A DNA stretch of 64,000 nt from Neodothiora populina (Eukaryota): positions 930,001 through 994,000 of the forward strand of contig NW_027191409.1 in NCBI RefSeq assembly GCF_041146345.1, given 5' to 3'. Of the stretch, positions 51,512-62,826 are shown piece by piece. The stretch's first letter is position 1. Each line of letters starts with the position of its first letter. The position numbers and the translations under genes are program-made. The notes below the pieces were generated by a model. It was not told the origin of the DNA. It did no database searches and saw nothing but the letters and a program-made list of their open reading frames with translations.

Positions 51512-53393
51512 ATGTCCACAGCCGACGTCCAAGGGCCAGAGCAGCCAGCTCCTCTGGCGGGTCTACCAGACTATCTGGCCAATCCAAATGCTGTGCTGGG
51601 CGACACTGAAGCACAATGGCGCTACGGAAGACCTCCAGATTATTCAAAGACGAGAGCTGTGTGGTCCCAGAGTCAGTACAACTTCTTATAGTCCGTCGCC
51701 GGGAGCTCGCCGGGAGCTCGCTGAGAGTGCTACCCAGCAGATCGTATTTGCAGACACGTGTCTCGAGTATGCTACCTTGGTAGACGCTCAAGGTGACGCT
51801 GTCGGACCTGTCCGACCTGCGGATGCTCAGAGTGGCTGGGCCAGAAATATCTCGTGCGAATGTCTACGGCTCGATGCTTGTGTCCATGTCTATATGTGTC
51901 GCATGTGCTACCACAACGGCAAATAGCGGCAGCTTGCACTAGTGCTTTTCTCTTCATTGTAGCCATTGGCACGACGAGAACTTCGGCTAATGACTTGAAT
52001 TGTAGGCAAGAAATCGAACCATGTTGCTGGGAGCCTGCCGGAGCTTGTAGAGAACCTGGTCAAGAATTGGGAGGTAGAGGCATCCTTCAAGACTCGCTTG
52101 TCCGACTGGCGGACGGTCGACCATAAAAATTACACTTTCGCTATCAATGGTGGCCCACCTCAGTCTGGAGAGCACATGCTAAAGGTTGGTACTTACAATG
52201 CTATCATTGCCCCGAATGAATACTACAGTCCGGAGAACTCGGACTTCGCAAGTAGTCACAAGACTTTCAAGCGCATGATGCCAACCTTTGCTTGGGAGGT
52301 AATCGAAGTATACAGTGGACCCCCACGTGTATCTTTCAAGTGGCGACATTGGGGTACGATGAAGAACGATTACGTCGGGTTCAACGAGTGAGTACAAATC
52401 CTGCTACATGTCCTCATCACTTTTCTCGGATAAGTGGCTAAGAGTCTACAGCAAGGGAGAAAAGATCACAGCCAAAGCCCATGGAGGCCCAATCGATATT
52501 CTCGGTATCACTATTGCTACTGTGGATGACAAAGTCCGGCTACAGGCGGTCGACACCTACTTTGATCCTATGGATATGTTCCGTCAGATCGCGCCGAACG
52601 GCATTGTCAACAGACAAGTGATCAACACGATTTTTTTTGCCACTGACAAGGCCGCCGCTCTGGACGATCAAGAATCAGCCACTGAGGACACCAAGGCCGG
52701 AAACGGTGCCCGAGATGCCAAAGATGAGCATGGGATGAAGGATGTTTTCCACGATGCGGTGGCCGACCATGACCCTACTGGGGCTGTGACGACAGAGCCA
52801 GACTCTGGTTCAGGTATGACTAATGTTTCGAACCTGAGCCGCGGCCTGAACACCTAGCTGCTGGCACGAGACCGAATACTGTGCTGACAATGAGTGTAAA
52901 AGAAATGCTAAACGATACCACAACCCAACATCACCAAGCCCAAATGGACGGTGCTGCTGTAACGTCACCGCACTCTGAAAGGGTCAACGCAGGAACCGAC
53001 CGAACGGGCGCTTGCCCTGTAAAGCCGAGTCTGTCATCATCCTCGACCGAGAATCCTGGTAGCGGATATGCGGCTGTTTCGAACAACAGCAGACGCCATG
53101 CGCCATACAACTCCTCAGTCACAGGCGATGTGAAAGAGCGTATCGATATAGGCCAGAGCGGCAAAGCACCCGACTATGAGGCAGCAGCAGGGGTAAAGGA
53201 CGGTCTTGAGGAGCACCTTGAAGGACCCGCCGATGCCGTACATCCCCATCCAAAACCTACAGAACAAGCCATGAAGCCAGGAACTGGTGATGCAGTAGTT
53301 GCAGAACCAGAATCGGAAGAGACGATATTGACTCATGAGGAGATGAGTAGGATCACTCCTGCGGAATGCCCATTTCTGATGAACAGAGAGTGA
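51512..53393 (+). CDS. SnoaL/NTF2-like 'pathogen-related protein' family member with disordered C-terminal extension
   Basis: PDYLANPNAVL..WRYGRPPDYS, LVENLVKNWEVEASFK, FAWEVIEVYSGPP..FKWRHWG and ends ECPFLMNRE. Introns ~51672-52005, ~52388-52451 and ~52814-52902. Confidence 0.85.
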
Positions 53394-54923
53394 AGTGGTA
53401 ACCTAATCAGGCTGTAGGAGCGGTGGAGACGCGTGACCAAGAGCGTGATCTAACTACGCGACGTTGCTCAGTACCTTTATTTACTCGTGGTATTTCTTTT
53501 GATGATTTAATCTTTTACAGTGTACTACATCTGGTCGAAGTTCGTTGCGGTGGACAGATAATAGAAATGACATGACTTTGGTCGGCCTTGTACTATTTCC
53601 AAGGTTGTTTTCGATCACGCAATGTCTGCTGTACCTAATCGTCGCGACCCCAGACCGTGTTCTTGGTGCTGTTGCCTTGCCTTTTCCGGTCAGAATGGAT
53701 TTGTGGAGGAGGGTCCAAGCATCGTCTACTGTGCCTCTGAGCATATGACACATGCTACTCTTGCCTCTGCACTGCCACCTGATGCGGTAGTCCAGAAAAG
53801 AGAGGCTTGTTCGCGATGAATATGCTAGCATTTATGGTCGAAAATAGGCATTTTATCACCTAAGGTGCAAAGTTTGCAATGTTGGCGCGCGGGTCTAGGC
53901 TCCTGAATTTGTGGCTTGGTTTCTGGTCTCTGCTCTGCTTACCCTTCAACGTTGTTGGCTTGTCGCTCTTCCTCTGTTCTAGGTATCACGGCACTAGGTT
54001 AGGGGAGATACTTGTAGGCAGCCTACGATCTGCGGCACAAGCGGTTCCTTTCCGCAGTCGGGGCGTGTGGCAAAGAGCCCTTGGCTGGGGTGCGGATAGT
54101 GAGTCAGAAGGGTGTTCAATCAGCAAATCACAGAAGGTTCAGCGTCATCTTACTACATTCGGTTTAGCGCTTCCGATAGAAGTCTGGGGCAGGACAAGTG
54201 GGAGTCACCCAGTCACCTCTTTCGCCGTCGCCATTTGAATCATCGCTTTCCCGTCTGATCTGTTCCACCCATACGCAAACATGTACTCAGTTTCCCTTGT
54301 CTACTACTCTATCTGGTTTGCTTGCGGACGCGAATAGGAACAGAGTCATAATTATATTTGACTTGACTCAGCAAGATCCGTGGAAAATCCAGAAGCGAGA
54401 TCGGTCTGTTTTGGGCGCCTTTGTTGGTTTCCCAAACGCTACTTCGTTTCCAAGGCTTGCTGCCTGTTGTAATCGCCACACTATTACTCAATTCGCCTCC
54501 TTCAGTCATACCTCCCACCCCCATTCGCCTCCCGTCTTTTCTGCTACTATAATACCACGCAAGGACGCTTCAGACGACTTTTGACTCTGTGGACGTATCG
54601 TGTCTTTTCCTAGTCACTTGGACCTACACATGCGACTAGCTGAACGTGGCATACCATCCCCATATTAGCTTCCTCACCCACACCACTGCCACCATTATCG
54701 CCTTCGGCCTTTGGTAGCCCCACTACTACTACTAGCAACACAACCAACCACAACAATTACTACCAGCACTAAACGGACCCCAGATTAACTCGCCTCTTCT
54801 GAATTCGCCTCGACTTGCTCTTGATACCACTTTCTATATCTTGTTGTAGCGGCTCTGGACTGATTCACTTCATCTAAGCCGTCGCTTCCTCTTTAGATCT
54901 GGTAACTTCCTATCCAGGAAGTA

Positions 54924-55272
54924 ATGCGCAGCACCCCCAACTACACCTCTGCTCCAGTCACCACTTACTCTAAAGACAATAACAGCTACTTGACTCTCAA
55001 CATGGGCTCAGTTTCGTGGTAAGCCCCCAAAGGGCCACCGCTTTCTGTTTCCGTGGGAAGACCATATCTTTGGTAGTTCCGAGGATTAATACCAACTGTT
55101 TCTTTTGAGTTGAGTGGTGACTGGAAGACTGTTGGAAGATATCTAATAGTCTACAAGCGACTCCATAGACTTCTTCCGCTCGACTTCTCTGGGAATCTCC
55201 GGATTTCTTGACACAAATACTCCATCGGTCACTCTTACCGGATACCTCTGGTCCTTTCGCGACCCTCGATAA
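54924..55272 (+). promoter_or_regulatory. Spliced upstream ORF (69 aa from ATG 54924, or 43 aa from ATG 55002) in the cyclin leader
   Basis: Donor GTAAGC 55019, branch CTAAT 55143, acceptor AAG 55155-55157. The spliced frame stays open to TAA 55270-55272. Confidence 0.6.
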
Positions 55273-55289
55273 TACAACGCTCTTCCAAT

Positions 55290-56937
55290 ATGGGCATCGA
55301 TACCCGGCTTTCTTATGGCCTTGACAAGTGTTACCATGCTTCGTCATCACAGCAATACCCTGTTTCTCCCGTCTCCTTACCCGACACCTCTTCTCAACCT
55401 TTGACCTCCTCTCAATCATCCTCTTCCGAAGACCAAACTGCCTCGCAATGTCAACCGAGCTGTGGCTTTGTAGTCCCGGTAGAACAGCGCCAGAACCCTC
55501 GGCGATCTTCGTCCCAGACTCAGAAGCCCCCTACCCTTGTAAGACAGGACGAGCGCAAAGTGTCGTTCGTCGACAGCCTTGTTGGTAAGTTCAACGAAAC
55601 CTGAAATCGCAGGTGCTCAAAGTCATCATCGCTAAGAAACTCCTTCAGACTCTGCCACTCAGATGGTTGAAGTCATTTGGCCCCTCTCTGTCGCCCCTCC
55701 TTCTTGCAGACCCAATGCAAGTGGTGTGCTATCACTCAGAAGATACATTGAAGAGACGCTCAGGCGGTCAAGAACCAGCTACTCTACCCTTCAAGTCGCC
55801 CTGTACTATCTGGTACTGATCATGCCAATGGTCCCGAAAGGCGATTTTACTAGAGAGCAGCTCAGCGACTCTCCCTCAATGCGCTCTCTGCAATGCGGTA
55901 GGCGCATGTTCCTGGCTGCATTGATTCTCGCATCCAAATACCTTCAGGATCGCAACTATTCCGCAAAAGCTTGGAGCAAGATGTCTGGACTCAAGGTAGC
56001 CGAGATCAACATGAACGAGCGCGCATTTCTTTCGTGCGTTGACTGGAAGCTCCACATTCCCGACAACATCTTCAAGCGTTGGACGGATGTGGTATTGCGT
56101 TTCACACCATCGCAGTCGACTGCGCAACAAGCGTCGTTTGCAGCTCCAAGACGCACATGGAAAGAGATGATCCCTCTGCTCACTCCTGAGCTCGATATGA
56201 TTCCGAGTGTTGCCGTCAGCTCCGTAGTGGCATCTCCTGAGCCTGTACCCGTTCAGACATCCTTCACAGGCTTGCCTTCATACTTGGAACCAACCCCTGC
56301 CGTCGTGCCTCCTACCCCCAGCTTTGTTCGCAACACGGCTGCGCTGCCAACCCCACGACCAACGCCATCTCCTCGCTCATACACTCCCGCAGTGAGTGTC
56401 GCAGCGGTCGAGTCCTGGCCTGCAGCGTCTGTGCGCCGATCGTCGACGCCTTTGAGTGACTTGTCACGCGAAAGCAGCCCGGAGTCGAGCTTCTCTGATG
56501 CGTCCCGCCTTTCGAGATCCTCGTCCTTTTCTTCGGTGTCAACCTCCTTGACAAGCATCTCGAGTCAAGCCAGTGTCTCTGCTCAAGAACTTCTGAGCAG
56601 CCTTGTCGCCGGTCGCAACCTTCAGCCAGGTCAGACAGTGGTTCTCGATAGGGGACTCACTGCCAGTCCGGTGTCTGTGACCTACGACGAGGTCAAGTCT
56701 TTCATGACACAATGCCCTGGCACCATTAGGGATCGAAGGTGTGCACAAAATATGCCTAGCATTGCCGAGAACGACTCTTCGCAGCCCAGCCAGCGCCTCC
56801 ATAGTAGTGTGCGCCAGATGCTCGGTGCTCCATCGCAAGCGATGACGGCATCCCGTAAGCGCTCATACTGTGGAGAGGGTGAAGCCGAGGCCATGCCACG
56901 CAAGCAACGCTGCCTGTCGTCGATGATGGCACATTAA
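55290..56937 (+). CDS. Pho85-type cyclin, Clg1/Pcl5/Pas1-like
   Basis: PPTLVRQDERKVSFVDSLV|DSATQMVEVIWP (intron 55585-55648), ETLRRSRTSYSTLQVALYY and CGRRMFLAALILASKYLQDRNYSAKAWSK, followed by a PEST-like tail. Confidence 0.9.
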
Positions 56938-57870
56938 TATCCTTAATAGTGCATCTTGCCTGTCGCAATGTACACGATGAAAAGCGGGAAGTGGAGTTTT
57001 TATCAGCACTTGCGAAGACTCTTTGAAGCTTCTGGGGATTCCGGGATGGGGTGTTAAGGGGGCAAAAGTCAAGCAAGGCGCTTGGTGGAGTCTTAAGTGT
57101 CCTTCTGGGTTCCTTGGGAACCCTGGGTCGTATACATGCTACGACGGAAAAATGGTCACCAAAACATTTGTATGGCTATCGAACATGTTTCACCATGATG
57201 CAAGGGACCTGCCTGCCTATTCGTTCCTTTGTGTACGATCAGGGGTGAGAAGGTGAGAAGAAAGGAGGGAAGTCGAAGGATGAGACGAGCAAGATGAGAC
57301 AGATTTCTTGTCGTCTCTTCTATTCTGGCTTCCTTCAGTTTGGCATTTGACCATCGTTCTGTGACGAAGACATTTTTCATACCTCTTTATATCATCTTCA
57401 TCCATCATTTTTATCTTCTATGTCTATTTCTTTTGATACTCAGGAGTTGTCGATAGGGGAAGCTGTGGTTGGCACTTATCAAAGGTACAAAGGTCGAATT
57501 TTGGTAAATTTGTTTTCTTGTGAGCAAGTGAGTGAGTCAGTCGTGTCGAAAAGTAGCGGTTGTCTTTACTTTCTGCGTGATTCGAGACCGAGCGAGGAGT
57601 TGATCTAGCTTAACTCGAAGCTGACGTTGTCGATGCTGTGTTTTTATGGTGTCTTCTCAAGGATGGGGGAATGGTGAGATGAAAGGAAAGCTAGGTTTGT
57701 TCTTTTTCCTTCTCCACTTGATATGTACATAGGCTCCGGTTGTGTTTACACCCGGACGACTTGTGTCGTTTTATCGCTTTTTTGTTTTCTTGCGTCTTTT
57801 ATAATCGTAAAAGCGTCTCGTCTTATCCTACATGCCGCGTGCCAAACGCTCTCTTGACGAATGTCATCGT

Positions 57871-58362
57871 CTACTCCTCTTCATCCTCCTTTCTGCCTCT
57901 GAAATAGGCCCATCCGCCACACACGACATTGACAGCGCACACACCCAGCGTCGCACCTCTGATCATGCCTCTGGGCGAGAACTTGCCCTGTTTACCCCAG
58001 ACGTTCTGCGAGCGGCGACGCGCGACGACAAAGTAGGCGGCGGACCAGGCCGACGTGATGCCCGCTGCGTCGGTCGGGTAGCCGCTGAGGTTCAGGTAGG
58101 AGGCGAAGAGCAGGATGGGCGGGAACAGCATGGGGACTTTGGCGAGCGGACGCAGGTTTTGCGCCGTGATCAGCGTGGCCAGGGCGGTTGGGGGCACCGA
58201 GGACTCTGGTTGCGTCGAGGGTTAGAGATGGGGCATGCATGTGAGGAGGTGGAAGGGGCAGTAAGTAGTGGGTTGGGTTGGTTTACCTCCCCAGGCGCGC
58301 ACGTATTGTAATGCGCCTGCTTTGGCCTCGTCGGCGGTCGATTGCTCTCCGGGCATGGGCAT
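57871..58362 (-). CDS. Small membrane protein, AIM19-like
   Basis: Exon 1 MPMPGEQ..VRAWG, intron gtaaac..ctaac..cag, then PPTALATLITAQ..LFPPILLFASYLNLSGYPTDAAGITSAWS. Confidence 0.7.
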
Positions 58363-59059
58363 TTTGGAGGAGTGCGGTGGGTGCAGTATTCTGGAGTGGT
58401 GATGGGTGGAATGCGCAGTAGAAAGATGGGTGTTAATGTGTGTATGCAAGTAACTGTTGTATAGAAGAAGTGTGGAAGAAGATCAGCATCGTCATTGGAG
58501 GTTGTGCATTTGTGCAGGGATTCTTTGTGCAGCCCATTCGCTGGCACAATATGGATGCCTGGATGCCTGGATGCCTGAATGGAAGGCTGCCTGGACACAC
58601 CTCTTTGAGGATAATCAATGTTTAATGTTCAAAGGGTTTCCCCGGCTATCTTTACTGCTCTTGTCATGTAAGGTGCTTTTAATGCTCTGCTCCGCTTGTA
58701 CAAGTACAGAAGAACAACGCCGATAGCAATATCTGTACTGTCGCGAGATTGCCAGCATTATCACATACTCTGTGCTCAACTCGCCTCGTACCCGTTCGTG
58801 GTTATCGCCTTCACTAATCAATCAAATCACGATAATTGTGCCAACGTGGACTTTTTTATAATCAAATCTTGGATACTATATACACACACGACAATGTCTG
58901 TTGCAATCTGAGTAATCGCAACAGCGACATCGTCTCACACCGGACTTGCTTGCCATCCAGGACACAAAGTGTTCCCTGCACTGTTGTTGCGCCTTGATCC
59001 ACTGCCTTCCACCGGCATCTATAATTACTTGACCCCCGAACAGGACACCTCATACTATT

Positions 59060-59104
59060 CCTAGACCTAGACCTAGACCTAGACCTAGACCTAGACCTAG
59101 ACCT
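59060..59104. repeat. (CCTAGA)7 hexanucleotide microsatellite
   Basis: Seven perfect units followed by degenerate copies, ~100 bp upstream of the DnaJ ATG. Confidence 0.9.
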
Positions 59105-59203
59105 CGACCTAATAGCACCTGCCCTTTCTCGGATACTGGCGAACCCTGCCGACCTCCAGTGGATATTTTGAAGCGCCACCTCCAACCCTCCTCCCAGAGA
59201 GCC

Positions 59204-60424
59204 ATGTCGGCCAAAACCACAGGCTCATCGGCCAACAACAACAACTCGGACGCAAAGCAGAGACACGAGCACCACGACGGCAGCAGTGGCCGCGCCTACA
59301 CCGTCGAGCAGAAACACGCCGTCATCCGAGTGCGCAAATGCTCGCCCACGGCTTTCTATGACATTCTGGGACTGGAAGAGGTCAAGAAGACGTGTACGGA
59401 CGGCGAGATCAAGAAGGCCTACAGGAAACTAAGTCTGCTCACGCATCCTGATAAGAATGGCTATCAGGGTGCCGACGAGGCTTTCAAGAGTGAGTCGTTT
59501 TTGTTCTGCAGTCAGCACGCGCACAGATACTGATACGCTCTCTCACAGTGGTCGCGCGTGCATTCCAGATCCTCTCGGATGAAGAGAAAAAGGCCAAGTA
59601 CGACCGCTTCGGCGGGGACCCCGAGTCACGCTTCGGCGCAGGAGGTGGCCCATCGTCAGCGGCCGCATCAGGTGCATCACCGTTCAGTGGATTTGCTCGA
59701 TCAGCAGGCGCACAGCGAGGAGGCATGTGGGAGGAAGAGATAAGTCCCGAGGATCTGTTCCGACAATTCTTCGGCGGAGGAGGTGGATTCGGTGGTCCAT
59801 TCGGTATGCCTTTCGTCTCTGCTCCTGTCCCACAAAAACGACTAATCCCCAACCCCAGGCGGCGGTCTCTTCGACACAGGCCCCAACTTCGTCTTCAACA
59901 TGGGCGGCGGCCCAGGAATCCGCGTGCAACAGTTCGGCGGCGGACGACCCAGACGGCGCCAACACAACCCCAACGCCGGGCCCCAGCAGGAGCAATCCCT
60001 AGGCCAAGCCATCCAGTCCCTGCTCCCACTCCTCATCCTCTTCCTGATCCCCCTTCTCTCCTCCCTCCTCAGTAGTCTCGGCGGCGGCCCCGCCGTCCCA
60101 GCCTACAGATTCGAGCACATCAAGCCCTACACGCAACAACACGTCACCGACCGCCTCAAAGTGCCCTACTGGACGAATCCCTCGGAAACAGACGACTACA
60201 GCACCAAGAAATGGAGAGAGCTCGACCGCACCGCCGAGCGCGCATATGTTGGTGATCTCAACATCAAGTGCGAGAGGGAAGTCATGCATCGCGACCGCAT
60301 GGTCCAGGAGGCTCAAGGCTTCTTCTATACCGATAGGGACATGCTCCGGCGCGCTCGCGAGATGGAGCTGGGCAGCTGTAGACGGCTGAGGGAGTTGGGC
60401 GTTACTTCCACCACAAGGTTTTGA
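59204..60424 (+). CDS. ER-membrane J-domain chaperone (Hlj1 / DNAJB12-like)
   Basis: [25 protein letters not shown]-domain, [14 protein letters not shown], a transmembrane segment and a luminal domain with CERE..SC. Two introns. Confidence 0.9.
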
Positions 60425-61015
60425 GTGGGCTTGATCAGAGAAGGAGAATGATGGGGGTTTCTTCTTCTTCGAGTGGAGCTGACAGGCATGTCTTGGCCTC
60501 TATCACGTTTGCTCTGCAGAATCTTGGATAATAACCTTTGCTTCCCTTGTTGAGAACGGATGAATGAACAGCCAAGAGTGAGCATGCTTTTGTGCCTGCT
60601 TGTCCGTCTGTCTGTCTGTCTAGCCCCATCCACCTACCTTGCAATGTAGCATCAATATCTCTGCCTTATTTTCCTTTTCTTCTCTTCGATGAACAAATGA
60701 AACCTTTACTTTATTCTTCTCTGTTCTCCGGTGCCTGACTCTTTCCATCTTGAACCTCATTTTAGATTTCATACCCACTCTATACCGAGCCCTGCTTCCA
60801 ACGATGTAGCGATGCACTTTCAAGCAGGGAAATTGAGTTGAGCAAGAGCGAAGAAAGCTCCACGCAGTGGCGCCGTCCGCGCAGGACAAGTCACACCAGA
60901 GAGATCGTCAGGTCGAGGAGCTGTTCGTGCACACACGAAGACGACGACAACAACAACTCAAACACACGAGTCCGACGTGCAATTGCATCTATACAACGGA
61001 TCCGGCTGTGTCCTT

Positions 61016-62826
61016 CTACAGTCCATCTTCCCCATCCGCGCCCTGTCCGCCGCCTCCCCCTGCACCGCCAACATCCTCGAGCCCAACCCCCTTGCTCTCA
61101 GGAAAAATCCACCAAATCCACACCCAACCGACCGCGCACACAAGCGCGTAACCAACGAACACCACGCCCGGCCCACCCAGCAGGCGCTTTTCCGCGCCGC
61201 CGCCGCCGCCGCCGCCGCCGCGCCCGTCGCCGAAAAGCGGCAGGAACGTAGCTGCCGTCACGGCGTTCGCGAGCCAATTGACTGTCGTCGCGATGCCGCA
61301 GCCGAGGCCGCGCGTGGCGCTGCTGGGGAAGAGTTCGCCTTGGTGCCAGGGGATGGTGCCGAGGGAGGGGGCGTAGGCTGCGACGTAGAGGAGGAGGGAC
61401 AGGAGGAGGAGGGACGAGTAGGTTGATGCTGAGGGGGAGGCGGAGGTGGCGATTATGGCTGGGCTGGAGTTTGAGAGGTTGATGTGGGAGAAGGAGAGGG
61501 CGCAGGCGAGTAGACCGAGGGTCATGAAGGGGATGGAGACTAGCAGGATCCGCCGCCGTCCGATGTCGTCGATTATGTGGAAGGCTACCAGCGTCATTAG
61601 GAAGTTTGTTAGGGCTATGCTTAGGGATGTCGTTAGTGGGCTCGTGAAGCCTGCTAGGGTGAAGATCGTGGCTGAGAAGTACATCAGGGAGTTCTGATCA
61701 CGAGTCGGTCAGTCTTGAGGAGCAAGGTGAGCATTGTAGTCATCGATGAGTGAGTAGGCAAGAAGAAGGAAAAGGAAGCACTGACGAATCCGCATAGTTG
61801 CTGTAGTCCCTGCAGCATGCACGCTACTATCAGCGCTCGCCGACTGACAGGTTCAGAGACGAGCTCGACAAGAGACTCCTTCAACCCATGTTTCCCAAGG
61901 GTGGCATCTTCCTCGAGTACTACATCCCGGATCGCCGTCACCAGTCTGTCGCTCTCGCGAAGAGACATGCCAAGTCTACTCAATACATGACGAGCCTCCC
62001 CTTCTCTCGCTCGGCGAACGAGCCATCGGGGGCTCTCGTCCATTGCCAGCAATAATCCTGCCTGCATGGTAGCAGGCAAGGCACCCAGACCAACAGCCCA
62101 CCGCCAATGACCCTGGGCTGCCCAGCCGACCACATACGCAACCACCTGGCCACCGGTGATGAACAGGCTCTGAACCGTGACGAGTCTCCCTCTGGCGTCC
62201 GCAGGCGCGCATTCAGCGATATACAACGGAGCGACCGAGCTAGCCAGACCGACCGCGGCTCCGACTATCGAACGACCTGTGATCATCATCCACACATGTC
62301 CACTCGCGGCTTGTAATAAGGCACCGGCCACGAAGAACAGACTCGCGACGCCGAGCACTACTTTACGACCCAGCAGATCTGCAAAGACACCTGCCAAGGG
62401 CGAGAAGATGAGTGCGAGAACCGACGTCGAGGATGTGATTGCTGATTTGTCCCATGTGGTCAAGGGTCGTCCGAGATCGCCATCAAACGATATGAGCATG
62501 GACGATATGATACCTGTGTCGTAGCCGAAGAGCAGTCCGGACACGCCCGCCGTTAACGTGAGAAGCCATAGGGAGAGGCTAAGTGAATTGTTCTTCTTGA
62601 CATCCGAAGAAGCAGATGACAAAAGACCATCTGCATCATCTCCGATTTCTCCATCTGTGGGACCCTCTGTTGAATATCGAGAGAAGAAATGCTCTTCCCG
62701 AGGTGAGGAAGCTATAGTCTGATCATTTAGTGGCGGAGGATATGCATCTCCATCAGCGCCGTCCCCCTGTCCATGAGACCGGCTTATAAGAGGCTGGTGA
62801 GCCGCGTCTTCGCTCGCTCCATGCAT
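61016..62826 (-). CDS. Myo-inositol transporter-like MFS sugar porter
   Basis: SGLLFGYDTGIIS, ADLLGRK, YIAECAP..RGRLV, QGLQQLCGF|NSLMYFSATIF and PESKGVGLEDV motifs. The first in-frame ATG is at 62826. Confidence 0.88.

Noticed and set aside
42873..53393. Transporters, PIPK-like and SnoaL-like genes as a secondary-metabolite cluster
   Set aside because: There is no backbone enzyme (PKS, NRPS, terpene synthase) and no tailoring oxidase in the window.
55147..55168. TAG 55147-55149 as the uORF intron acceptor (would give MGSVSCLQATP*)
   Set aside because: It overlaps the CTAAT branch motif. The AAG ending at 55157 has normal branch-to-acceptor spacing.
59060..59110. Short tandem repeats as a CRISPR array or telomere
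   Set aside because: There are no spacers, the context is eukaryotic, and the unit is not TTAGGG. These are simple microsatellites.
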